A program made the position numbers and the translations under genes. A model generated the notes under the pieces. It did no database searches and was not told where the DNA came from. It was given only the letters and a program-made list of their open reading frames with translations. A stretch of 64,000 bases of DNA from an uncultured Candidatus Poseidoniales archaeon (lineage in GTDB: Archaea; Thermoplasmatota; Poseidoniia; Poseidoniales; Thalassarchaeaceae), in contig CAXEOD010000001.1 in assembly GCA_963997805.1 (NCBI GenBank), positions 3,635-67,634 of the forward strand, in the 5' to 3' direction. Of the stretch, positions 9,339-19,500 are shown piece by piece; position 1 is the first letter of the stretch, and every line of letters starts with the position of its first letter.

Positions 9339-10082
9339 ATGATGAACATAACAGCCCGTCAAGAAACCTTCAGAATGGTGGTTGACATTTTGTCAACTTT
9401 GGTGGAGGAAGCCCGCTTCAATTTTGAGGAAGATAAACTCGTGGTGAGGGTCGTAGACCCAAGCCATGTAGCAATGATTCAACTGGAAGTTGATTCTGCT
9501 GCTTTTGAATCATATGATGTGACTGAATCAGTTCTAGGATTAGAATTATCAAAAATATCCAAACTAGTACAGCTTGCTGGCGCTGGTGATCTGATTGTTA
9601 TCAACTACAATGATAGCGTTGGTAAGGTCGAATTCCAAGTCGGCGAAATTGAGCGCACTATTCGTCCACTTGACCGCCAAAACATGCAAGAACCAAATGT
9701 TCCTGAACTTGACACCGATATCTCTGTCAGCCTTTCTGGTGCAAAATTTGCCCGTGCTTTGAAGGCAGCAGACCAGGTTGGTGACTTAGTCACTTTTTCA
9801 ATTGACCAAACACGATTCAGTATCAATGTAACTGGTGAGTCAGATGCTGTTAACGTAAGTTATGATGCTGGTGAATTACAGGAATTGAATTGTGATAGCC
9901 CTGTCAAGAGTCAGTACAGTTTGCAATATCTACTCCCGTTGGCCAAGCGAATAGAATCAACTGTCGATAAAGTGACTGCTAGGTTTGGCGAAAACTATCC
10001 ACTTCGTTTGGAATTTGAATTCGCTGATGGTGGTGCTAATGTTGTGTATTTCCTAGCGCCTCGCGTTGAAGGCGATGCTTGA
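9339..10082 (+). CDS. pcn: DNA polymerase sliding clamp PCNA
   Basis: 247 aa; archaeal PCNA-like sequence (MMNITARQETFRMVVDILSTLVEEARFNFEEDKLVVRVVDPSHVAMIQLEV… ending with an acidic tail). Confidence 0.85.
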   Translation: MMNITARQETFRMVVDILSTLVEEARFNFEEDKLVVRVVDPSHVAMIQLEVDSAAFESYDVTESVLGLELSKISKLVQLAGAGDLIVINYNDSVGKVEFQVGEIERTIRPLDRQNMQEPNVPELDTDISVSLSGAKFARALKAADQVGDLVTFSIDQTRFSINVTGESDAVNVSYDAGELQELNCDSPVKSQYSLQYLLPLAKRIESTVDKVTARFGENYPLRLEFEFADGGANVVYFLAPRVEGDA

Positions 10083-10102
10083 GTAATTTACTCAATCTAA
10101 AC

Positions 10103-10158
10103 CGCCACTAACCAAGGTTGGCGGTGCAATTAAAGATGAAAAATGTTTGAAAATGAAG
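10103..10158. terminator. Bidirectional terminator region: a CCGCC/GGCGG hairpin plus a T-rich tract on the minus strand, downstream of tRNA-Gly
   Basis: accgccactaaccaaggttggcgg stem-loop; on the minus strand the tRNA 3' end is followed by TTTTCAAACATTTTTCATCTTT. Confidence 0.4.
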
Positions 10159-10229
10159 TGCGCTCGCCGGGATTTGAACCCGGGCGAAGAGGTTGGAAAC
10201 CTCTGATGCTACCCCTACATCACGAACGC
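10159..10229 (-). tRNA. tRNA-Gly (anticodon UCC)
   Basis: Minus-strand read is GCGUUCG-UG-AUGU…; cloverleaf with a 7-bp acceptor stem, T-arm CCGGG-UUCAAAU-CCCGG, anticodon stem AGAGG/CCUCU and loop UU-UCC-AA; discriminator A; CCA not encoded. Confidence 0.8.
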
Positions 10230-10307
10230 GTAGCCCGCCGACCGACATCTTAGACTTAACCGCGTCTATGGGAGGCTTGATGTTTAGTAGCCCCCGCACC
10301 TCAAATT

Positions 10308-10526
10308 ATGAGGGGGCGCAACTGGGTTGGAGTCGCTTTCATCTTTCTATTTCTGCCTGTCAATGTGCCACTGTGGGATATTGCTTTCCAAAAACTCGGT
10401 ATTGATATTATGGCAGTTTTCATAACTCCACTATTATTCTTCTTCGGGATATTGTTAGTCTTCTATCCCAGTAGAAATGACAAAATTTCAAGAACCACAC
10501 CTAACCCATCATCTGAGGAGGAGTGA
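10308..10526 (+). CDS. Possible small two-TM membrane protein upstream of the transporter (weak call)
   Basis: 72-aa ORF with two hydrophobic helices; it ends in GGAGGAG, which is positioned as the RBS for the next gene. Confidence 0.25.
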   Translation: MRGRNWVGVAFIFLFLPVNVPLWDIAFQKLGIDIMAVFITPLLFFFGILLVFYPSRNDKISRTTPNPSSEEE

Positions 10527-10529
10527 AAG

Positions 10530-12857
10530 ATGAAGAAAATTATTCTTATCAGCCTCATTTTGGTATTGTCAACTCTTGCCCTACCATTGGCTATTGCCCA
10601 GGAGGATGTGCTTCCTCCAGATGTGGACTATGAACCAGAAATGCGCATGACTAGACTATTCGCATATAGCCAAGATACACTATCTCCGGAACTAATTGAG
10701 CAGGCCGAAACTTCAAACCACGATTTCCCCGCAGGAGCTGTATCAGGGCCATCAAATGGGCCGACCATTACCACTCCTAGTTTCGTTCGGGATGCCCATA
10801 TTGGTAGTGAAGATTGGAATTTCTCACTTTGGGCAAGCGGGGATGGTCAAGTAAATATTGACCTCACCCTTTTCATTGATGGCACCGAATTAGACCAAGT
10901 AAATAGTGGTGGGATATCACTATCTGAAGTGAAACAGCGCATTGATTTCACGGGTGGAAATTTACCAGACAATATTTCAATTGACCAAACTCTTTCAATC
11001 CGCTGGACTGTTAATAGTGACGAGTTATTCCCAATCTTCAATTCTATCTCTTGCACAATCCACTGGGGCTCAGTTGAAACCCCGACAAATCTTACAATTT
11101 CTGCTGGGATGTACCAAATTGATGACCCTTACGTAGAGAATGAAGGAACACCATTCAGGGGTGAAGGAGAGAACTACTCACGCAGTGAAGTGGTTTGGGC
11201 TGTTCAGGCACGCTGGGCTATTGGCGAAGAACAACTGGAGAAGGAAACTCTAGTCTTACACGCTAATGACGGTGGCAAAGAGCTAATGCTTCAGCCCACC
11301 GGTGAGGGAATAAAATCAGACAATGGAATCTACCGCTGGGAAATTGAAGAATGGCATGACGGAGTAATTCTCTCAGCTCACGCGATGTGGAACGATACAT
11401 CTGGGAACCATGGAATGACAAATCAAGTCGTTGAAATGATGGACCCAAAGGGACCTAGTATCCTTTCTAGTGGACTCAAGGACATATTGTTTATCCTAAC
11501 AATACCAGTTCTCATTGGAGTAGGGTTTTGGCTCAAGGGTAGATACGAAACCCTTGAGGAGAAAGGAAAGGATACGGGACATGGACCTGGTAAAGAAGGT
11601 GATTTGAAACGCCTAGTTTTGGCAACTACATTTTTGATTGCTGGGATAAACAACGCTCTCATCCTCTATACTTTCCACACCCGTGAGTTGGGTGCTTCAG
11701 AAGATATCGTGATTCTACACCTGTGTTTACTTGCTTTTGCTCTTGGGGCTTTTGGCCCTATTTGGGGTGCGATTGCAGATAAATGGGGTCATCGTAAGCA
11801 ACTGATGACAGTTGCAATTATTGGAGCAAGTTTACTGATGATAACATTCCCATTCATGCCTCTTGAGGGTTACATCATTGTCTCAACTTTACAGGTTGCT
11901 CTATTCTCAGCGGTTCGGATGGGGGTTGCTGTTGGTACCGAATGGTATCCTGAACATAAAGGTGAGTTCCTTGGAGTCTTGTACGCTTTTGCCTCGTTTG
12001 CGGCAGCGATTGGATCAATGGTATGCAGTAAATTATATGTCACTTTATTGCCGATGAGCACCACATTTGCAATGCTTGGAATTGTAGGAATTTCAGTACC
12101 CGCACTACTGTTTGGCGCTTGGATGATAATGCAATTTGAAGGTGATGAGTTCTCCTGGCCAGTATGGATGCTGAAAGGTGGTAAGAAACCAGAGGCAGTG
12201 AAATTAACAATTTCCGAAAAATTGTCAATGTTCCGAGGCATGCTTCGTTTTGAAAGTAAATGGGCACTTCTCTGTCTATTAGGTGTAATCCTCGTTGCAA
12301 TCCCACGTGGAGCAGTTGTTCTAACTGCCCTACGTTATCTCGAAGTTGTCGGATTTGATGTTGATTTCACCGGCTTGTTAGAGGCATGGGCTGTGATTGC
12401 TGTCCTAATATTATACGCTGTAATTGGAAGAGTATGCGATGATCGTGGTCCACAAACTGTTCTACTTTGGTCAGCAGCAGCTTATGGAACGCTTTGGTCA
12501 ATCTTCAGCATTGGCCTTCCGCCAATGATAGCAGTGCTAATCTTTGTTGTTCCAATTTACCCAATGCTGTTGGTGTCTAATGATGCGCTAATGGCCAAGT
12601 TCACCAATGATGATGAGCGAAATCGTGGGATTGGAATGGCCAGCCTTGTTGCCTTCATGGGCCAATCAATCGGTATTCTTGCCGGTTTCTTCGTGCTGGG
12701 CTACCTGATATCCTCGGGTAAGACTGACATAGTCGCATACGAGACCTTCTACAGAGCTAATGTGCCTCTTTGGATTCTTGCAATTTGCTTCACATACTGG
12801 CTAGCTAAACGCATTGACGCTAGTGAGAATGTAATTGATGCTGAGATTAGCGAGTAA
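10530..12857 (+). CDS. Membrane transporter (MFS-like, about 12 TM) with a roughly 300-aa N-terminal extracellular domain
   Basis: Signal peptide, soluble N-terminal domain, then about 12 TM helices with MFS-like loops (e.g. …GAIADKWGHRKQLM…); RBS GGAGGAG 8 nt upstream of the start. Confidence 0.6.
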   Translation: MKKIILISLILVLSTLALPLAIAQEDVLPPDVDYEPEMRMTRLFAYSQDTLSPELIEQAETSNHDFPAGAVSGPSNGPTITTPSFVRDAHIGSEDWNFSLWASGDGQVNIDLTLFIDGTELDQVNSGGISLSEVKQRIDFTGGNLPDNISIDQTLSIRWTVNSDELFPIFNSISCTIHWGSVETPTNLTISAGMYQIDDPYVENEGTPFRGEGENYSRSEVVWAVQARWAIGEEQLEKETLVLHANDGGKELMLQPTGEGIKSDNGIYRWEIEEWHDGVILSAHAMWNDTSGNHGMTNQVVEMMDPKGPSILSSGLKDILFILTIPVLIGVGFWLKGRYETLEEKGKDTGHGPGKEGDLKRLVLATTFLIAGINNALILYTFHTRELGASEDIVILHLCLLAFALGAFGPIWGAIADKWGHRKQLMTVAIIGASLLMITFPFMPLEGYIIVSTLQVALFSAVRMGVAVGTEWYPEHKGEFLGVLYAFASFAAAIGSMVCSKLYVTLLPMSTTFAMLGIVGISVPALLFGAWMIMQFEGDEFSWPVWMLKGGKKPEAVKLTISEKLSMFRGMLRFESKWALLCLLGVILVAIPRGAVVLTALRYLEVVGFDVDFTGLLEAWAVIAVLILYAVIGRVCDDRGPQTVLLWSAAAYGTLWSIFSIGLPPMIAVLIFVVPIYPMLLVSNDALMAKFTNDDERNRGIGMASLVAFMGQSIGILAGFFVLGYLISSGKTDIVAYETFYRANVPLWILAICFTYWLAKRIDASENVIDAEISE

Positions 12858-12859
12858 CG

Positions 12860-13582
12860 CTACTCCGCTCTATCCGTTATGTGGGCTAGAGCCACATTGG
12901 TTTCCTGACCAGCAAGAAGTTGTTGCCAGGAATGGATACGATATAATTGAGAATTAATTGTGATTACTTCTTTCCCTATTACCTCAAAAGATTGTGGTGC
13001 AAGACCCATTCCAAGCCCTGTGGCTTTTTGAATAGCCTCTTTAACAACCCAAACCTGATTGGTTAGTGTGCTTGCTGTTTTGGGATTTTTATCCCATGCA
13101 ACCTCTAGTTTTGTCAATTCTTCTCCTGAAGCCATTAGTGGTAACAAATTACGTTGCCGACCAGAGTCTGGTTCTACATCAATTCCTACGGAAAGTTCAG
13201 TTGGGCCAATAATAGCAACGGCTAAGCCGCCGCTATGGGTAATAGAAATTGAAATAGGTTCTGGGCCAATTAGAATTGGCCTCCGGTATTCGTCCCTCTT
13301 GATTTGGTATTCTTTGATATCATATCCTTTTTGTTGTAATAGATAGCCAATAAGAAATCGGCCTGAAGCATGTTCTTCAGCACGCTTTGCAACTTTGAAT
13401 GACTGAGCCTCAATCGGGTCTACAAAATGAAGATTAGAGATATCGGGCATTGAATCGGTTGGTGAAGTGATTCGCGTCTTCATCCAGATAGCATGAAATT
13501 CTCCTTCAACCGTTTCTGGGAGATTCAAAGGAATGGGTTTTGAAGCCGGTTCCCACATCCCATTCACCAATTGGAAATTCAA
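12860..13582 (-). CDS. Sfp-type 4'-phosphopantetheinyl transferase
   Basis: PPTase motifs GIDVE…(Mg-binding) and W-VKEAIQKATG (WxxKEAxxK); lies immediately downstream of the megasynthase gene with a 4-nt gap. Confidence 0.8.
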   Translation of the reverse strand: MNFQLVNGMWEPASKPIPLNLPETVEGEFHAIWMKTRITSPTDSMPDISNLHFVDPIEAQSFKVAKRAEEHASGRFLIGYLLQQKGYDIKEYQIKRDEYRRPILIGPEPISISITHSGGLAVAIIGPTELSVGIDVEPDSGRQRNLLPLMASGEELTKLEVAWDKNPKTASTLTNQVWVVKEAIQKATGLGMGLAPQSFEVIGKEVITINSQLYRIHSWQQLLAGQETNVALAHITDRAE

Positions 13583-13586
13583 TTTT

Positions 13587-16500
13587 TCAATTGCGATTCA
13601 ACGAAAAGGATTCACCTTCTGAAATAGGAGCCATCCCCTTCAATCGCAACCCTTTCATGGAAACAACTGGTTTACCATCCTGATCCACAACCAAGCAATC
13701 GTGAATGGTGACCCCATCATCTTCTGCACCTCTCCTCACAGCGCGCATTCTTAGTGAATCTGTCTTTTCAGGAGTTCTAATCAATTCAAGCATCTCAATT
13801 CCAACAGGAAGAGATTGCAGACCATCTATTTCCATTGCTACCATCCCAGCATTCTGGAAACACGCTTCAATCAACATTGGTTGGGCTTCTAATGTAACAT
13901 CTCCAACTAAGAATTGATTTGTGTTTGCTAACTGATGCCGAGATAATGCAATTCCATCTGCTCCAAACATATCATCAATACTACATCCACCTAAAATCCC
14001 ACCATGTGATTGGAATCTTGGGCCATGGAAGAAGCGCTGATAAACAAAATCTGAACCTAAAACAACCCCGCCTCTTGAAGGAGTTCCAATTGACGGTAAC
14101 TTCAACAATCCTCGGTCGGCATCTCTCTTTAACATCCTCACTAATCCGTTGTGATGAATTGTTGGTTCTCCAAATATCTCACCAGATTTAGTCATCAAAT
14201 CTGATTCCAATCGACACTTTACCCATACATTTTCCGAATTTTGATGTGAGAATTCAGCAACTACTCTCAACTTTTGCTCTTGCTTCAGTAATTTAATCGG
14301 CAAGCCAAACCTAACTCCTGCAAATCCTATTACTGTACAAGGAGGCCACAATAATTGTGCCCCTTGTGAAAACATCTCAAGAGCCATTACCCCTGGGTGG
14401 TATGGTACGTTATCGATTGCATGGTCTTCTAGGAATGGGTAACTATTGACATCTATTGTGCACTCATATGAAAGTGTATCAAAGGGCTGGTGAGCAACAA
14501 CTTTGTCTACGAATGGAAAACGCTTGGCGTCAGCTAACAATGCTGAAACATCTGGCGGCAATCGTTGTGGTGGCTCTCGGTCAGAACCATCATCATTCAG
14601 AACTCCGAGATTCCCTGCAAGTACTACTCTGCGTTTACCACCACGCATCACTTCATCGACGAACAATGAAACACCCTGCTCAACTGAAACGGTCTCAATA
14701 CCTGCTTCCTCAAACACCCTTTCTATTGAGCCACGGGTTGCCATCCCAACATCTTGCCAACCAGTCCATGCCAAAGCAACGCCGTGTGGCTCTGATTCAA
14801 TGTGAGCGAGGCGTGACATTTCAGCATCAAGAATACAATTTGCTGCAGCATAATCAGTTTGCCCTCCATTCCCGAATCTCCCTGCAATTGAGGTAAAAGC
14901 ACAGCAATACCGTAATTGTGTGCTGTGGTCTTTAACAGCATTAACTAGAGATTGCCACCCATCAACTTTGACAGACATCACGTTGCTGAAGGTATCCCAA
15001 TCTTTGTCAGCAACCATCTTTGAATCTTCAATTCCTGCTCCGTGAATTATCCCAGTAATTGGGGAACGCTTCTTCTTCAACTTCTTGAGAACCTTTCTGA
15101 CCTGTTTACTAACTGTCACATCACAGGCATGATAGGTCGCAGTGTTACCACTTTCTTCTATATCTGAAAGGGTTTTATGAATGTTAATTGAGCGCTCAAT
15201 CTTTGACCATGCCTTTTCCCACTCAACGATTGTGACATTGCCAGACTTCGAATCGCGCTGCATCTGTTTTCGCAGTTCCATCTTCATTTGCTGCAACACT
15301 TCATCTGAGGCATCGGCTAAACTTGAAAGAGAGTCGTCCAGTTTAGTTCGTCCAAGTAATGCAAAGTGACAACCAATTCCTCGATTTGCTTGTGCTAGAC
15401 CAACAATACAGGCAGCAGTAACTCCAGAACCACCTCCGGATACAATGAACACATCTTCGGAATTTAACGACTGAGGCTCGGATTCATGAGGTTCATCATA
15501 GATGCATACCTGCCATCTTCTCCCATCACCATCAATCCCAAGTTCGCGGGGACCCATGTACTCAATTTCGCTGAGTATTGTCGCCGCCAATTTATCTGCG
15601 TTCACCAAAAGTTCAGGTGCAACATCAATTGCTCTAGCCCTGATGTTTGGTCTCTCTCTACCAAACGATTTGACGATTCCGTGGGCACCAGCCCCTAATG
15701 GATTGAATCGATATCCGCCATTCCCATGTCGTCCATCGAGTGCTGAAATTGAACAAACAATTCCATCACTACGGTTTGCCAACTTTGCATCTATTTGTTG
15801 CAGTACCCCAAATAGACCATGACATACCATCTGTGTTTGTTGCTGGCTAGTAACCTCAGCCCAAGCAATTCCTGCTAAAGTACAAGGAGCAGTATGAATA
15901 ACTCCTGCAATGTCTAAATCTGCAATGATTTCACCAAATTGAGAAAGGTGGTCTTGATTCCCGGGGTCTAGTCTGATGATGTCAATCCCCCCATCTTTTT
16001 CAATTTTAATCTTTGAAGTGATGCTAGGGTCTAACATCAACCTAACAGCTTCAGACCCACTTGATTCAAGTTGCTCACAGATAGCATTTCCAAGCCCCCA
16101 TGAATCATCAGTCACGATGATGTATGAACCGGCCATATCTATTGGGTGGGCTTCAGATTCATCGGCTTCCTCAACTTCAACTACCCAGCGCCGAACTGTA
16201 CTTTCAACAGGGTTTTCTGAAGGAGATGGTTCAACCACCTCTAACTCTGGTTTAGCAGAAAGAACTTCTTTTTCCTCTGGTTCAGAATCTACTGTTACCT
16301 CACTAACCACCGGTTCGCCTCCGCGCATTGAATCAATGTAGGATATCATGTCTGCAAGGGTTGGATAATCACGCAATTGGAATGATTCGTCTACAGGTAA
16401 GGAAAAATGTTCACGACAATCGGCCATAATCTCCGCTTGCTTGACTGTATCAATCCCCAATTCACCTTCTAAATCTTGATCTAGCTCAAGGAAATCTTCT

Positions 16501-19500
16501 GGATACCCTGTGTGCTTTACAACAATTGAAAGAACACCTGACTCAACATCACTATCAGTATTCTCTAGGCTAGGAGGATTACTCACAACCGACTCTTCGT
16601 CCACAGTACTACTCTGCAAGGGTTGCTCTTCTTGGGGGTTTTGTTGCTCTTCCCTTCCCTCACCCATACTGACAATGTAACTAATCATGTGATTTAGTGT
16701 TGGATGTTCACGTAACTGAAATGAATCATCAACTGGCAAGGAGAATGTCTCCCGTAAGTCGGCCATTATTTCTGCCTGCTTAACCGTGTCAATTCCTAAT
16801 TCGCCTTCTAAGTCTTGGTCAAGTTCAATGAAGTCAGTAGGGTAACCTGTGTGCTTCGCAACCGTTTCCACTACCTGTTGTTCAAGACCCTCTGGATGTT
16901 CTCTAGCTGTTATTTCTGGAACTGTTTGACTTGCTTTCCCAGCAGGTGGAGTCTCCTCAGAGAATTCCTCTTTAACTTCCTGTTTTGGTGTTTCAACAGA
17001 TTGTGATGGACCTGATTTCGGAGGTTTAGGTGCTGAAAGGGCGGAATCAGGTTGCGCATCTTGAGCAGAAACCTCCCATTCACTACCTTCAACGCCACCT
17101 ATCAATGATTCATCCGGGGCAATGTATGCAACTAATTTCCGCTTCAATAAGCGTAATTCAACATCGTCACCGGCTTGATTGATTGCCCATTTCACAACAC
17201 TTTCTCTATCAACTCTATTCAGGGTTCTAGCAATTCTCTTGAACATTGTAAGAGCAATTTGACTGCCAAATCCTGCTGCATGACGGAGCATGTATTCGAC
17301 ATCATATTCTCCACCTTCAGAAAGCCTGAGGTTTCCTAAGGCAGGGTCGGGTTGTTGGAAGTTAGCAATCGGTGGTAACCGTCCTGATGCAAGTCCATAT
17401 AATCCGGTGGCATCTTCAACGCCAACACCCATCGGATGGCCTGTGAATCCTTTGGTATTAGTGATGATTAAACTCTCAGCCGATTCCTTGAAAGTGCCTC
17501 TAAGAGATTCAATCTCAGCAGCAGCCGAACCGCCTCTCGGAGGGGTAAATGGTTCATGCGACATAAATGTCGTTTTGGGGGCAATCTCATGTCTATCGAT
17601 ACCCCAACGGTTTTCCATTTCAGTCACGAACTCGTCAAAAGTTGAGGCTACATGAGTGACATCTAGCCTTGTAGGATGGAAGGCTGAATTACCTATGTGA
17701 GCACCCAATAATTCAGCGTACGGAACTACTCCTCTCTCATCAGCGTGATTTGATTTCTCTATTACAAAGGCAGCCCCACCCATACCTAGCAACATACCGT
17801 TGCGTCTTACATCGAATGGTAACGCTACTTCTTCCACTACATTCCCCATTGAATGGGCACCCGCAGCAGCGAAACCTGCACCAATCCATTCCATTAAATC
17901 GTCACCAGTTGAATCGTCACCACTGATGACAATCACTCTGTCGCATCGGCCTGAATCTAACCAATCCTCTGCGATTGCAAAGGCTGCTGGAGTGGATGCA
18001 CATGCGTTGTTAATAGCCAAATTGGGGCCGCGAGCACCAATCCATTGAGCAAACTGTGCGTGACCCATTGTTAGAATTTGAAGTAAGAACCTTCTATCGA
18101 AAGTACCATTCTCGTCAGACCCATTGTTTAGTGCGTGCCTCATGGCCATAGCTATACCTGGAAATACAGAGGCAAAAACCACGCCAGTTCTTTCACGAAT
18201 CGAGTTAGGAAGATTCCATCCTCTTACTAACCTCTTACCAGCACTACTAACCTGTTCAACTGGTAGAAGTGGAAGGGCAGCATCTTTGAGGGCCTCCAAT
18301 CCAGCAGCAAATGAAAGTGTAGTGGAAACATCCATTGCCGCCACTATTTTTGGATCGATCCCATACTGCTCTGCCAAATCAAAGTAACCACCGACTCCTG
18401 CTAGTTGAGGTATCGTAGCAAAGGAATCACAGGGTACGAATTCAGCTCTGCCATCCGGGTGTTTAACAATTCTAACCATATTTTTGTCAAGTAAACGCTG
18501 CTTGACATCATCAGGTAATTCGGTGATAAAGTTCTCTCCAGCAATGATTCTCTCTAATGCATCTGGATCGAATATTTCATCCATTCCCGGAAGACCAAGG
18601 CTTACTCCGGTCACCACATAGGGATTGGTTCTTCGTTCAGCATGGGGGTCTGAAGATAACGCAACACTTGTTGCACCTTTCACCTTTTGAGAAACTGTGA
18701 ATCCACTCGGAGGAGATGTCACCCACTCGTTTAGGGCTGCTAAGGATGTTAATTTGCTAGCATCAGCCGGACCTGACACAGATGCTTCAGAAGTGATGCT
18801 TGCTAGTAAATCAGATAACGTGTCATCAGTTATTCCAAGTGCTGAAAGATGGAGTTCACCTTTGATGAGGCGAGCGGGATAACCAGTAATATCTGAAATG
18901 CGGCTTGCAAGGTAACCCTCTTTGTCAACAACCTGTTGGACAACATGGTGTCCACTATCATTCGAAATTGTTTGATGTTGAATATTCTGAGATGTTGTCG
19001 CTAATTGGCCATTTGATGAGCCATCCGGTAGCGGTCTAGCGCGAACCCGTAATTCTTCCATCTCTTCACTACTAGAATCACCGCTAACAATTCCACTTTT
19101 CTGCCACACCTCCAAAGGTCCAGCCCTGAACCCTTCAGTGAGCCGGTTTGAATCAACCGAGTGCATTGATGGTACCCGTCCTGAAAGAGCACATACTGCT
19201 AGTGATGAAAGGAATGATGCTACACCTCCAACCTTAGGGTGGTTTGTGTTCGTTACAACCTTTGATTGTTCATCAAGAATCTGCTCGGTAAAAAGGGCTA
19301 ATGCTCGCTTTGGCCCAACCTCAATGAATAGGCGGCCACCTCGGCTATACATCTCTTGAATCTGCCTAGTCCATTCTACTGCAGACGACATCTGTGGCGC
19401 CAATTGACTTAGGATTGCATCGTGAACGGTTTCTCCATCCTCAAGACTTTCGGGATAGAATTTACCATCATAGTTAGCCGTGATAGGGATTGAAGGCAAT

